From assembly GCA_963665125.2 (NCBI GenBank), contig CAXXUK010000001.1, positions 2,624,001 to 2,688,000 of the forward strand: 64,000 nucleotides of DNA. Reading direction: 5' to 3'. This stretch comes from an uncultured Desulfarculus sp. GTDB lineage: Bacteria > Desulfobacterota > Desulfarculia > Desulfarculales > Desulfarculaceae. Shown here piece by piece: positions 1 to 8,274 of this stretch. Position 1 is the stretch's first letter, and every line of letters begins with the position of its first letter. The position numbers were made by a program, and so were the translations under genes. Below the pieces are notes generated by a model. The model ran no database searches, was not told the DNA's origin, and worked only from the letters and a program-made list of their open reading frames with translations.

Positions 1-1
1 G

Positions 2-1012
2 GCCCTGGAGTCCCTGAAACAGGCCGGCGTGGCCTATGAACTGTTCAGCGAAATGACCAGGGAGCCCGAACCTTCCGAAGCCGACGCGGCCGCCGAGGCC
101 GGTAAAAAGTTCGGCGCGGAAATGGTCGTGGGAATCGGCGGCGGCAGCGCCCTTGACCTGGCCAAGGGAGTTGGCGTGTTGATCTGCAACGACGGCCAAT
201 GCACTGACTACGTTGGCCTTGACCTGGTGCCCAGCCCCGGTCTGCCGGTGATCTGCCTGCCCACCACCGCCGGTACGGGCTCGGAAGTAACCTTCACCGC
301 CGTGTTCACCCGCCGGGCCGACGGCTTCAAGGGCGGCATCAACGGCCGCCTGCTCTACCCCCATGCCGCCATCTTGGATCCGGAATTGACCGTGAGCTGC
401 CCGCCGTACATCACGGCCATCACGGGCATGGACGCCCTGACCCACGCCATTGAGGCCTACACCAGCCGGGCCGCCCACGCCCTTAGCGACCACAACGCCT
501 TGGCCGCCATCGAACTCATCGGCGGCAACCTGCGCCAGGCCGTTGCCCACGGCGCCAACATCGAAGCCCGCAGCGCCATGCTCATGGGCTCCTACCTGGC
601 CGGGCTGGCCCTGGCCCAGGCAGGCGTTGGCGCGGTGCACGCCATGGCCTACCCCCTGGGCGCCATGTACGACATCCCCCACGGCGAGGCCAACGCCACC
701 CTGCTGCCCTACGTCCTGGGCTTCAACCTGATGGCCTGCCCCGAGCGCTTCGCCGACATCGCCAACGCCCTGGCCGAACTGCCCGACGACATGACCGAGC
801 GCGAACAGGCCTACGCCTGCGTCCACGAAGTCCTGGACCTGAGCCAGGATGTCGGCATCCCGTCCAACCTGACGGAACTCAATGTGCCCCAGAACTCCAT
901 CCCCGAAATGGCCAAAAAGGCCATGGGCGTGGCCCGGCCCATTGAAAACAACCCCCGCAAAGTCACCGCCGCGGATCTGGAAGTCATCTACCGCGAGGCC
1001 TTCGGCGAATAG
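2..1012 (+). CDS. Iron-containing alcohol dehydrogenase (5' truncated by window)
   Basis: GIGGGSALD, PTTAGTGSE, GMDALTHAIE, HAMAY..HG metal ligands; frame is open back to position 2. Confidence 0.93.
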   Translation, partial: ALESLKQAGVAYELFSEMTREPEPSEADAAAEAGKKFGAEMVVGIGGGSALDLAKGVGVLICNDGQCTDYVGLDLVPSPGLPVICLPTTAGTGSEVTFTAVFTRRADGFKGGINGRLLYPHAAILDPELTVSCPPYITAITGMDALTHAIEAYTSRAAHALSDHNALAAIELIGGNLRQAVAHGANIEARSAMLMGSYLAGLALAQAGVGAVHAMAYPLGAMYDIPHGEANATLLPYVLGFNLMACPERFADIANALAELPDDMTEREQAYACVHEVLDLSQDVGIPSNLTELNVPQNSIPEMAKKAMGVARPIENNPRKVTAADLEVIYREAFGE

Positions 1013-1044
1013 TTTCTTGGGGAAAACTTTTTCAAAGAACTTTA

Positions 1045-1083
1045 CGCGAAACCCTTTCAGCCTGCGGCCGAAAGGGTTTCGCG
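1045..1083. terminator. Stem-loop between convergent genes (terminator/REP-like)
   Basis: cgcgaaaccctttc-agcctgcggcc-gaaagggtttcgcg inverted repeat. Confidence 0.6.
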
Positions 1084-1124
1084 GCGTTTGGGCCCTGCTC
1101 GTTTGTAGCTTTTCAATTTTTTCA

Positions 1125-1161
1125 GTGTCGATTGCTTTGCCTGCGGCAAAGCAATCGACAC
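1125..1161. repeat. Perfect 17-bp palindromic hairpin (REP-like)
   Basis: gtgtcgattgctttgcc-tgc-ggcaaagcaatcgacac. Confidence 0.7.
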
Positions 1162-1234
1162 CGCATAAAACCGCAGAAGTTGGAGATTAAACGAAAGCGC
1201 CCACGACCCCAAAGAAATGACCCCCACGAAAAAA

Positions 1235-1441
1235 TCACGCGTAAGGCGAGCCGGTGTTGCCTTTTTCCAGCTTGGTGCCCAGTTCCTCGCCGCAGACCTG
1301 GCAGTAATAGGCGAATTTTTCGGCGTCGGGCAGGACCAGCAGGAGCTTGCGCCGCACTGGCTGGGCCTTGCCGCACTTGGGGCAAAGCAGGCTGGATGCC
1401 TCAATTCCCGCGCCCCTGGTATGTTGGGATTGATCAGCCAT
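1235..1441 (-). CDS. Small zinc-ribbon protein
   Basis: CPKC...CQVC pairs; last gene of the pyrE run. Confidence 0.75.
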   Translation of the reverse strand: MADQSQHTRGAGIEASSLLCPKCGKAQPVRRKLLLVLPDAEKFAYYCQVCGEELGTKLEKGNTGSPYA

Positions 1442-1455
1442 CAGCCGTGTTTTGG

Positions 1456-1794
1456 TTAGGTTTCCAACTGGAGATCGGCCAGCAGGCGGTCGGCGAAATT
1501 CAGGGCGAATTCCCGCTGGGAGGCAGTGGCGTAGCCGATGCAGGTGCAGCGCATGCCCGCGGCCGAACGGACCAACAGCTCGATTCGCATACTGTCTTCT
1601 TCCAGGACCACGGCCAGACGGTGGGGTCCGCAGGTGTCGGAATGGCCTACTTGTTCTGCGGTGAGCAGATCAGGCGGCAGATTCAGCCAAAACACGCCGC
1701 CCAGGTTGCTGGCCTCACAGATATCTCCCAGGTGGTTTTCGAGTTTTTCAATATCTTGTTGTTGAAGTTCGTCAAAGAGGATCGAACGCATCAA
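1456..1794 (-). CDS. Conserved hypothetical protein
   Basis: Protein-like 112-aa ORF overlapping upstream gene by 4 nt; H..CGPH and RCTC motifs. Confidence 0.75.
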   Translation of the reverse strand: MMRSILFDELQQQDIEKLENHLGDICEASNLGGVFWLNLPPDLLTAEQVGHSDTCGPHRLAVVLEEDSMRIELLVRSAAGMRCTCIGYATASQREFALNFADRLLADLQLET

Positions 1795-2153
1795 TCAGTC
1801 TCCGGCGGGGTCTTTGCCTGCTGGGCGTCCACCTTGCGGCCATTGATATAGGCGTCAATGATGCCGTAGAGCCACAGGGGCAGGCCGATGATGGCCATGA
1901 TCCCCAGCCAGCCCAAGCCCCCCGCCGCGACCCGGTGCATGATTGCCATGGGCAGGCTCAGGTCCTTGGGGGCCATGTCCAGGGTGGTCAGCGCCGCCCA
2001 GAGCTTCATGCTCAGCAGGGCGAAAAAAATCAAAAAGAGCATACTGGAGGCCGAGACCATCAGCCCCGCCTTGCGCACCTGGCCGTTGTAGAGTTGGCCC
2101 ACGCCAGGCATGACAAAGGCGCTGAGCAGGGGCGAGGCTACGGCTTTTCGCAT
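1791..2153 (-). CDS. Small membrane protein (DUF5683-like)
   Basis: LSAFVMPGVGQLYNG motif, hydrophobic helices, YGIIDAY. Confidence 0.75.
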   Translation of the reverse strand: MRKAVASPLLSAFVMPGVGQLYNGQVRKAGLMVSASSMLFLIFFALLSMKLWAALTTLDMAPKDLSLPMAIMHRVAAGGLGWLGIMAIIGLPLWLYGIIDAYINGRKVDAQQAKTPPETD

Positions 2154-2155
2154 GG

Positions 2156-2914
2156 TTATTTTTCTTCCCGGCCGTATACGGCCAGATACTGTTCCAGGGT
2201 GTCGACGACCTCCTGCTCCAGTTCACGCATTTCGCCGTCCACCATCACCTCGACGCCGTTTTCGACCAGATGATCCACGGCCTCGCGGATGCCCAACAGC
2301 GACCAGACCGGCAGACCGGTCTTTTCCTCAAAGGCTGCCAATGCATCCGCCCCCCGCTTGCCTTCGACGACTTTTCCCTTGTCATTGTAAACGGCCTGGG
2401 TCTGCTGGCGGTCAACGGCCAGGGCCACGCCGACCACATGGGGAGCCTTGTTGCCAAAGAAATCCTGGATTTTTTCCAGCAGTTCCACCTTGGTGGCCAT
2501 GGAGGTGCCAACGTCGTCGATTATCAACACCCTGGTGCCCGGCTGCAGGGCTCCGGTGACGAACATCGAGCCCTTGCCGGCGTGTTCGCCGTGGGTCTTG
2601 GCTTCCTTGCGGTCATAGTCGAAGGCCAGGTCAATGCCGTGTTCGCGTTGCAGAGCTATGGCCATGGCCTGGGCAATTGCACTGCCCTTGTAGGACGGGC
2701 CAAGCAGGACATCAACCTTGCCGCCCAGGTTGTGGTCCACAAACCAGTCGGCAAAGCAGCGGCCCAGCGCCCAGGAAAGGCGCCCGGTGCGGAACACGCC
2801 CAGGTTCACGAAATACGGGGTGGGCCTGCCGTCTTTCAACCGAAGCCCTTGCCTGAACATCAGCGCACCGCTTTTGGCCAGCAATTCCGCCAGCCTTTTT
2901 TGATAGTCCTTCAT
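2156..2914 (-). CDS. pyrE: Orotate phosphoribosyltransferase
   Basis: LKDGRPTPYF, GPSYKG, RKEAKTHGE, PRPP motif VLIIDDVGTS. Confidence 0.92.
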   Translation of the reverse strand: MKDYQKRLAELLAKSGALMFRQGLRLKDGRPTPYFVNLGVFRTGRLSWALGRCFADWFVDHNLGGKVDVLLGPSYKGSAIAQAMAIALQREHGIDLAFDYDRKEAKTHGEHAGKGSMFVTGALQPGTRVLIIDDVGTSMATKVELLEKIQDFFGNKAPHVVGVALAVDRQQTQAVYNDKGKVVEGKRGADALAAFEEKTGLPVWSLLGIREAVDHLVENGVEVMVDGEMRELEQEVVDTLEQYLAVYGREEK

Positions 2915-2980
2915 GAGCCAATCTCCGGTGTTATTAGTGCATGCATGCTATAACACGGCCATGTCAAATTCAAGACCAAC

Positions 2981-3871
2981 TCATACAGGGCGGACAATGT
3001 ATTTTTCAACCAGGTGATCGGGCCGGTAAGACTCCTTGGCAGCCCGCAGTCCATCTATGCCCAGGTCCTGTTCCCGGTTGATATATTTAACATTTTGCCA
3101 AGCCGCCGCCGCGAACTCACGGTTTATCACGGCGTATAGGCCAGGCATCTCGGGGTTCGCCTTTTCAATGTGGATAACGGCCGTGTCGTTGTTGAGCGCT
3201 TCGCCGAAACTGAAGGCCTCCACATTGTCCTGAACGCAGATGGCCCCGCCCACGAAATCGAGCTTGTCAAAGTTGGCCAGGGCCTCGTGAATTGCCAGGT
3301 CCTCATTGATCAGGCTGGGATCGCCGCCGCACTCGCGCATCTGGCACCAGTGCTCCTGCATGTCCAGCACCTGCTCCACAAGTTCGACGTTCAGCGGTTT
3401 ATAGCTGAAGGGGATTGACTTGGCAAACTTGTTATAGTGGTTTTTCTTGCGGTGGAACTTGCGGCCCGCCAGGCTGACAAGGTCTTGGGCCGCATAGACA
3501 TAGTCGAACTGATCCCTGTCAGGCTCGATGCGCAGGCCCTTTTCAGCGGCAAGGCGGGCGGCGAACGGCTGATCAACCCTGGCCAGCAGAGGCTCGGCCC
3601 CGGCCTTTTCCATGTGGCCGAAGATGCTGCGCACCGCTGCTGTTCTGTCGCCGGCGCCCAGGGGCTGCATGCCAAAGGGCGGCGAACCCACCGGGTCCAT
3701 AATGATCAGCAGGCATCCGTCATGAAGTCGCCACATGGGCCGATAATAGCTGCGCCACATGAACAGGTTGGTAAAGGTCAATTCCGAGGTGACAGGCTTG
3801 GCGTCGGCAATCATGGGAGCCAGGATATCTTTGTCGGCCAGTTCCAGTGGTTTGAACTCAGCTATTTCCAT
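2981..3871 (-). CDS. DUF2156 (LPG-synthase C-terminal-like GNAT) protein
   Basis: FTNLFMW, DYVY, GRKFHRKKNH, HIEKA, INREQDLG..GLR.AK.SY.P. Confidence 0.88.
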   Translation of the reverse strand: MEIAEFKPLELADKDILAPMIADAKPVTSELTFTNLFMWRSYYRPMWRLHDGCLLIIMDPVGSPPFGMQPLGAGDRTAAVRSIFGHMEKAGAEPLLARVDQPFAARLAAEKGLRIEPDRDQFDYVYAAQDLVSLAGRKFHRKKNHYNKFAKSIPFSYKPLNVELVEQVLDMQEHWCQMRECGGDPSLINEDLAIHEALANFDKLDFVGGAICVQDNVEAFSFGEALNNDTAVIHIEKANPEMPGLYAVINREFAAAAWQNVKYINREQDLGIDGLRAAKESYRPDHLVEKYIVRPV

Positions 3872-4025
3872 ATTCCACCAATAAGGGTTTGAACGGCAAT
3901 TGACATAAGCCTAGCGGCAAAGCGGCGATAGGGCAATGCCCGCCTGCGATAGACCCGTGGCGGCGTTGACAAGCGCAGGCGTGCGTGACATATTTACGCA
4001 CTTGTTCAAGCCTAAGGATAAAACC

Positions 4026-5270
4026 ATGGATAATCTTCATAAAGTCGACCCGAAAATCGCAGATCTTATTGAGAAGGAGGCCCACCGGCAGGCCTCCGTG
4101 CTGCGGATGATCCCCTCGGAAAACTATGCCTCGGCGGCTGTTTTGGCGGCCACGGGCTCCATCCTGACCAACAAATATTCAGAGGGTTATCCCCGCAAGA
4201 GATATTACCAGGGCCAGGAATACATTGACCTGGTGGAAGAAACCGCAGTGGAGCGGGCCAAGGCTCTGTTCGGGGCCGAGCACGCCAACGTGCAGCCATA
4301 TTCCGGCAGCCCGGCCAACATGGCCGTGTACCTGGGCCTTTTGGGCACGTCCGGCAGGGTGCTGGGCATGGATCTGGCCGCTGGCGGCCACCTGACACAC
4401 GGCGCCAAGGTCAGCTTCTCCGGGTCTTTTTACGACATCAAGCAATACGGCCTGTGCCGCGACAACGGCCGCATCGACTATGACCAGGCCCGCAGCCTGG
4501 CCAGGGAGTTCAAGCCCCAGCTGATCTTCTGCGGCGCCTCGGCCTATCCGCGCCTGGTCGATTTCGCGGCCTTCGGCGAGATGGCCAAAGAGGTGGGCGC
4601 CTACCTGGTTTCGGACATCAGCCATATCTCGGGCATCTGCGTCAGCGGCGATCACCCCCATCCCCTGCCCCACGTGGACGTGATAACCACCACCACCCAC
4701 AAGATGCTCAGGGGCCCCAGGGGCGGCATGATCCTCTGCCGCAAGGAACTGGCTCCGGCCATTGACAAGGCCGTGTTCCCCGGCCTCCAGGGCGGACCCC
4801 ACAACAACACCACCGCGGGCATCGCCGTGGCCCTGGCCGAGGCGGCAACTCCCGAATTCGCGGAATACTGCCATCAGATCGTGCGCAACGCCAAGGCCCT
4901 GGCCGAAGGCCTCCTGGAAAGGGGCATGAGCCTGGTGACCGGCGGGACCGACAACCACCTGGTGCTCATCGATGCCACCCACAACGGCCTGACCGGCAAA
5001 ATCCTGGCCACGGCCCTGGAAAAGGCCGGCATCGTCGGCAACGCCAACAAGGTTCCTTTTGACCCCAGACCGGCCAACGACCCCAGCGGCGTGCGCCTGG
5101 GCACCCCGGCTCTTACCAGCAGGGGCATGAAGGAGACCGAGTTGGCCAAGGTGGCCGAGTTGATCCACCGGGTCACCCAGGTCAGCGGCGACGACCAATC
5201 CCTGGCCAAAATCCGTGCCGAAGTGGAAGAACTCTGCTCCGCGTTCAAAACTCCCGGAATTGGTAATTAG
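4026..5270 (+). CDS. glyA: Serine hydroxymethyltransferase
   Basis: PSEN, NKYSEGYP, GGHLTHG, TTTHK(PLP)MLRGPRGG, FPGLQGGP; start taken at ATG 4026. Confidence 0.97.
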   Translation: MDNLHKVDPKIADLIEKEAHRQASVLRMIPSENYASAAVLAATGSILTNKYSEGYPRKRYYQGQEYIDLVEETAVERAKALFGAEHANVQPYSGSPANMAVYLGLLGTSGRVLGMDLAAGGHLTHGAKVSFSGSFYDIKQYGLCRDNGRIDYDQARSLAREFKPQLIFCGASAYPRLVDFAAFGEMAKEVGAYLVSDISHISGICVSGDHPHPLPHVDVITTTTHKMLRGPRGGMILCRKELAPAIDKAVFPGLQGGPHNNTTAGIAVALAEAATPEFAEYCHQIVRNAKALAEGLLERGMSLVTGGTDNHLVLIDATHNGLTGKILATALEKAGIVGNANKVPFDPRPANDPSGVRLGTPALTSRGMKETELAKVAELIHRVTQVSGDDQSLAKIRAEVEELCSAFKTPGIGN

Positions 5271-5273
5271 GCG

Positions 5274-5369
5274 GTTAAATTTTTTGAACATGAGATTATT
5301 CAAGCTATTTCAAGCAATTAAGTACGCTGACCCCATTTCGGCCCAAGCATGCGGTTCAAAAATTTGAAC
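5274..5369 (+). promoter_or_regulatory. Two palindromic putative enhancer (bEBP UAS) sites GTT(C/A)AA-W4-TTGAAC
   Basis: GTTAAATTTTTTGAAC at 5274-5289 and GTTCAAAAATTTGAAC at 5354-5369, both preceded by gcg, upstream of a sigma54 motif. Confidence 0.55.
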
Positions 5370-5469
5370 TCCCGCGCCGGAAGGGTCAGGATGGCCACCT
5401 GAGCCATCAATCAAGTAACAGCTCGAAATAGCTTGCAATTGGAGAAATATAAACGGGCGTGGAAAGTTT

Positions 5470-5485
5470 TGGCACCGCCATTGCA
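5470..5485 (+). promoter_or_regulatory. Sigma54 (-24/-12) promoter
   Basis: TGGCAC-CGCCA-TTGCA, exact consensus spacing. Confidence 0.75.
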
Positions 5486-5495
5486 ATGTCCTAAG

Positions 5496-5566
5496 AGCGA
5501 CCAGCTTCCAACCCTTTTTCTCCTTTCCAGAGAGCGTCGGCTGCCCACCGGCGCTCTCTCCTTTTT
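5496..5566 (+). ncRNA. Candidate sigma54-dependent small RNA (~70 nt)
   Basis: Predicted +1 near 5496, CU-rich single-stranded region, 12-bp terminator stem plus U-run, no credible ORF. Confidence 0.55.
5529..5566 (+). terminator. Rho-independent terminator
   Basis: agagagcgtcgg-ctgccca-ccggcgctctct then ccttttt. Confidence 0.75.
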
Positions 5567-5588
5567 GGCACCTGCAATATCCATGCAT

Positions 5589-5618
5589 AAAAAAACGGCG
5601 TCGGGAAACCCAACGCCG
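5589..5618 (-). terminator. Rho-independent terminator of the fmdE-HD operon
   Basis: Minus strand cggcgttggg-ttt-cccgacgccg followed by a T-run. Confidence 0.75.
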
Positions 5619-5641
5619 CATTTCAGATTTGGCCCTTAACG

Positions 5642-6232
5642 CTATTGGCCGCCTCTGTCTCCGTTGCGGACCCAAAGCTCCTCGCGTTTTTCAAACCACC
5701 AGTCGGTCCACTTGCTCTCCAGAACCGCCTGGGCCAGGGAACGACCCACGTCGGTTTGCAGGCGTTTTTGGGCGTAATAAAGCCAGCGCTCGGCATTGGC
5801 GTTGCCCAGGTCCCACTGTTCCTTGAGTTCGACCATGAAATCAAGCTGGTCGGCGTCGTGGGCAATGCGGGACTCGGCGGTTTGGCAGGCGTTGAACTCC
5901 TCCACAAGCTCCCGGATATTTTCGGCCAGCCCGTCGGACAGGTTGCGGGTGGCGTGATCCAGGGCCTTGGCCTCGTCGGCCTTGCAGTAGCGTTTGTTCA
6001 TGTAGTTCAGATCGCCGGTGCGGGCCTCGGCCAGGTCGTGATGCAGCATCATCAGGGCCACCTTGGCGGCGTCGGCCCGGCCATCGGCCAGGGCCAGCCA
6101 ATAGCCGATCAAGGCCGCGCGGAAGCTGTGCTCGGCAATGGATTCGCTGCCGCTGCCCAAAAAAGGGTAGCCGGTGCGCTGCATTTTTTTAAGCATGCCG
6201 GCCTCGAAGACCAAATCAGCCAAGGCTTTCAC
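5642..6232 (-). CDS. HD-domain phosphohydrolase (YfbR/5'-deoxynucleotidase-like)
   Basis: RTG..ESIAEHS, HHDLAEARTGD, DADQLD; GTG start overlaps upstream TGA (GTGA). Confidence 0.88.
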   Translation of the reverse strand: MKALADLVFEAGMLKKMQRTGYPFLGSGSESIAEHSFRAALIGYWLALADGRADAAKVALMMLHHDLAEARTGDLNYMNKRYCKADEAKALDHATRNLSDGLAENIRELVEEFNACQTAESRIAHDADQLDFMVELKEQWDLGNANAERWLYYAQKRLQTDVGRSLAQAVLESKWTDWWFEKREELWVRNGDRGGQ

Positions 6233-6783
6233 GACAGACCCTCTTTGGCCGCGCAGGGCTTGCACAGCGTCTGTTTGTCTTTCTCCAGAGACCTGCTTTG
6301 CTGAACGTTCTCGCCGCAACGTACGCAGACCAGGCTCGGCTCTATTTGGGCCATTGCCGGTGGTTCAAAGGGCGCCTCGTCCACCCGCACGACATCCGCC
6401 TCGGATGCGTCCAACAGGGCCTCCATGAAGGCCTGGCGGTCCATGGCGCCGTCGGGAAGCTGGGGTTTCAGCTTGTCCCCGGTAAACAAGGCCCTGACGG
6501 CTTTTTGCCGTTTGCGGTCGTAGACGGTGAAGGCCTGTTTGCCGTAATCAAGCCATTTCAGGTTGCCCTTGCCAAAGGTGGTGGACAAAAGGGCCTGAAA
6601 GGCGTCCACGCTGCATGAATTATTTTCGGCAACAGCCACCAGTTCTTCATCCTCGGCCTTTTGCAGGCCCAACTCCTGTTGGACCGCCCTGACCATGCGC
6701 CAACCGATGACCACGCCAGGGCAGATGTGGCCATGAAAATCAACCGCGTGTTTCAGATCCTCGGGTAAAGACGCAATATCCAT
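6229..6783 (-). CDS. FmdE-family metal-binding protein with C-terminal zinc finger
   Basis: FHGHICPG, ENNSCSVDAFQ, TFGKGNL, CxxC...CxxC. Confidence 0.88.
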   Translation of the reverse strand: MDIASLPEDLKHAVDFHGHICPGVVIGWRMVRAVQQELGLQKAEDEELVAVAENNSCSVDAFQALLSTTFGKGNLKWLDYGKQAFTVYDRKRQKAVRALFTGDKLKPQLPDGAMDRQAFMEALLDASEADVVRVDEAPFEPPAMAQIEPSLVCVRCGENVQQSRSLEKDKQTLCKPCAAKEGLS

Positions 6784-6879
6784 GATTTCCCCCGGAAGAG
6801 TAAAAAATTTCTTGGCTGAAGAAGAATAACCCCGCGTGGCCGGCGGCGCAAGCAATGGCTATTGGGGACGTTTGGGCGG

Positions 6880-7839
6880 CTAGATGCCAAAGACGCGGTT
6901 TCGCCCTTGTTCCTTGGCCTTATAGAGGTTTTTATCGGCGGCTTCGATAAGCCCCTGCACCGAAGACTGCTCATCGGGACACATGGCCGCGATGCCCATG
7001 CTGATGGTTACATGATCGGCCACAGACGAGCCGCTATGTTCCAGGCGCATATCCGACACCGTGCGTAAAATGCGTTCGGCGACCTCAAAGGCGCCGGCAG
7101 CATCTGTTGACGGCAGGATAACGGCGAATTCCTCTCCGCCGTAACGGGCCAGCATGTCACCGGCCCTGCTCAGAGCCGATTGCATGGTTCCGGCAACCAG
7201 TTTCAGGCATTCATCACCCTGTTGGTGGCCATAGGTGTCATTGTAGGCCTTGAAGTGATCCACGTCGGCCATGATCAGGGCAATGTTACTCTCGTTGCGC
7301 CTGGCCCTGGCCCATTCCTCAACCAGCACTTCATCAAAATAACGGCGGTTGGCCACGCCCGTAAGGCCGTCCACCACAGCCAGGCGGCGCAACAGTTCAT
7401 TCACGGAAGTCAACTTGAGATTGAGCTGCTCCAGCTCACGCTCCCTGGCCTTGCGCTGGTCTATCTCGCGCTTTAGACGGATGGCCCCGCCGACCCTGGT
7501 GCCGAGTTCCAAGGCCGTGGGCGGCTTGCCCAAATAGTCCATGGCCCCGGCTTCAAAGGCCTTTTTCAGCATCTCGGGGTCGTCGCTGGCGGTTACGATG
7601 ATCACGGGAAGATCTTGGAAGGGTTGCAGAGCCTTGATCTTGCGGCAGGCCGAGATTCCGTCCAGGTCGGCCATTTCGACATCCAAAAGCATCACGTCCA
7701 CCGCGGCGCCCGACTCGAGAACCGACATGGCCTCGACAGCGGACTGCGCTTCCAGAATGTCTTTAAAGCCTTCCATCTCCAGCAGGTGCTTCATGGCGGC
7801 CCGCTGAAAAGCCGAATCATCAACGACCAAGACGCTCAA
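6880..7839 (-). CDS. Response regulator diguanylate cyclase (REC-GGDEF)
   Basis: REC domain (VVDD, LLDVEM, KP), DGLTGVANRR, RAGD I-site, GGEEF. Confidence 0.93.
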   Translation of the reverse strand: MSVLVVDDSAFQRAAMKHLLEMEGFKDILEAQSAVEAMSVLESGAAVDVMLLDVEMADLDGISACRKIKALQPFQDLPVIIVTASDDPEMLKKAFEAGAMDYLGKPPTALELGTRVGGAIRLKREIDQRKARERELEQLNLKLTSVNELLRRLAVVDGLTGVANRRYFDEVLVEEWARARRNESNIALIMADVDHFKAYNDTYGHQQGDECLKLVAGTMQSALSRAGDMLARYGGEEFAVILPSTDAAGAFEVAERILRTVSDMRLEHSGSSVADHVTISMGIAAMCPDEQSSVQGLIEAADKNLYKAKEQGRNRVFGI

Positions 7840-8274
7840 ACCACGGTGCTCCGTTAATACTCATTGCCTATGGTGATCTTAAAATATTAAAGCAGGTTAA
7901 GAAATTGCGCCATATCAATATTACCGCCCAGTTAAGGCGGCCGAACAATAGCATGATGAATTGAGTCAGTCGGCAACCGTATCCTTGGTCAATCCGTCCT
8001 TGGCCATCCAAATGTCATGGGGCCTATTGTCCAAAAAATCCGCAAGCCAACCAAAAAATCTAGTTATTATATTGTAATAATTATTAAATTACAACCAACC
8101 TTCACAAAAACCGGAACAAACCAGGCCACGCTTTACCGGGTGCCACCCGTTCATCAAGGACAATCAACCCTGTATCAGCAACGGGTTATTGAGAGGACCC
8201 GGCCCATGCAGTTAAATTATTAATAGGCACCGGCGCGGGTGATGCACGGGGGTCGGCATATCGGGAGGCGGACA

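Noticed and set aside
3872..4025. Possible ZMP/ZTP or other riboswitch upstream of glyA
   Set aside because: I could not find the conserved aptamer elements; the region looks like a divergent promoter
5566..5581. Second TGGCAC suggesting another sigma54 promoter
   Set aside because: No GC at the required GG-N10-GC spacing
5310..5675. ORFs 5310..5675(-) and 5433..5639(+)
   Set aside because: No RBS or protein-like composition; they run across terminators and regulatory motifs
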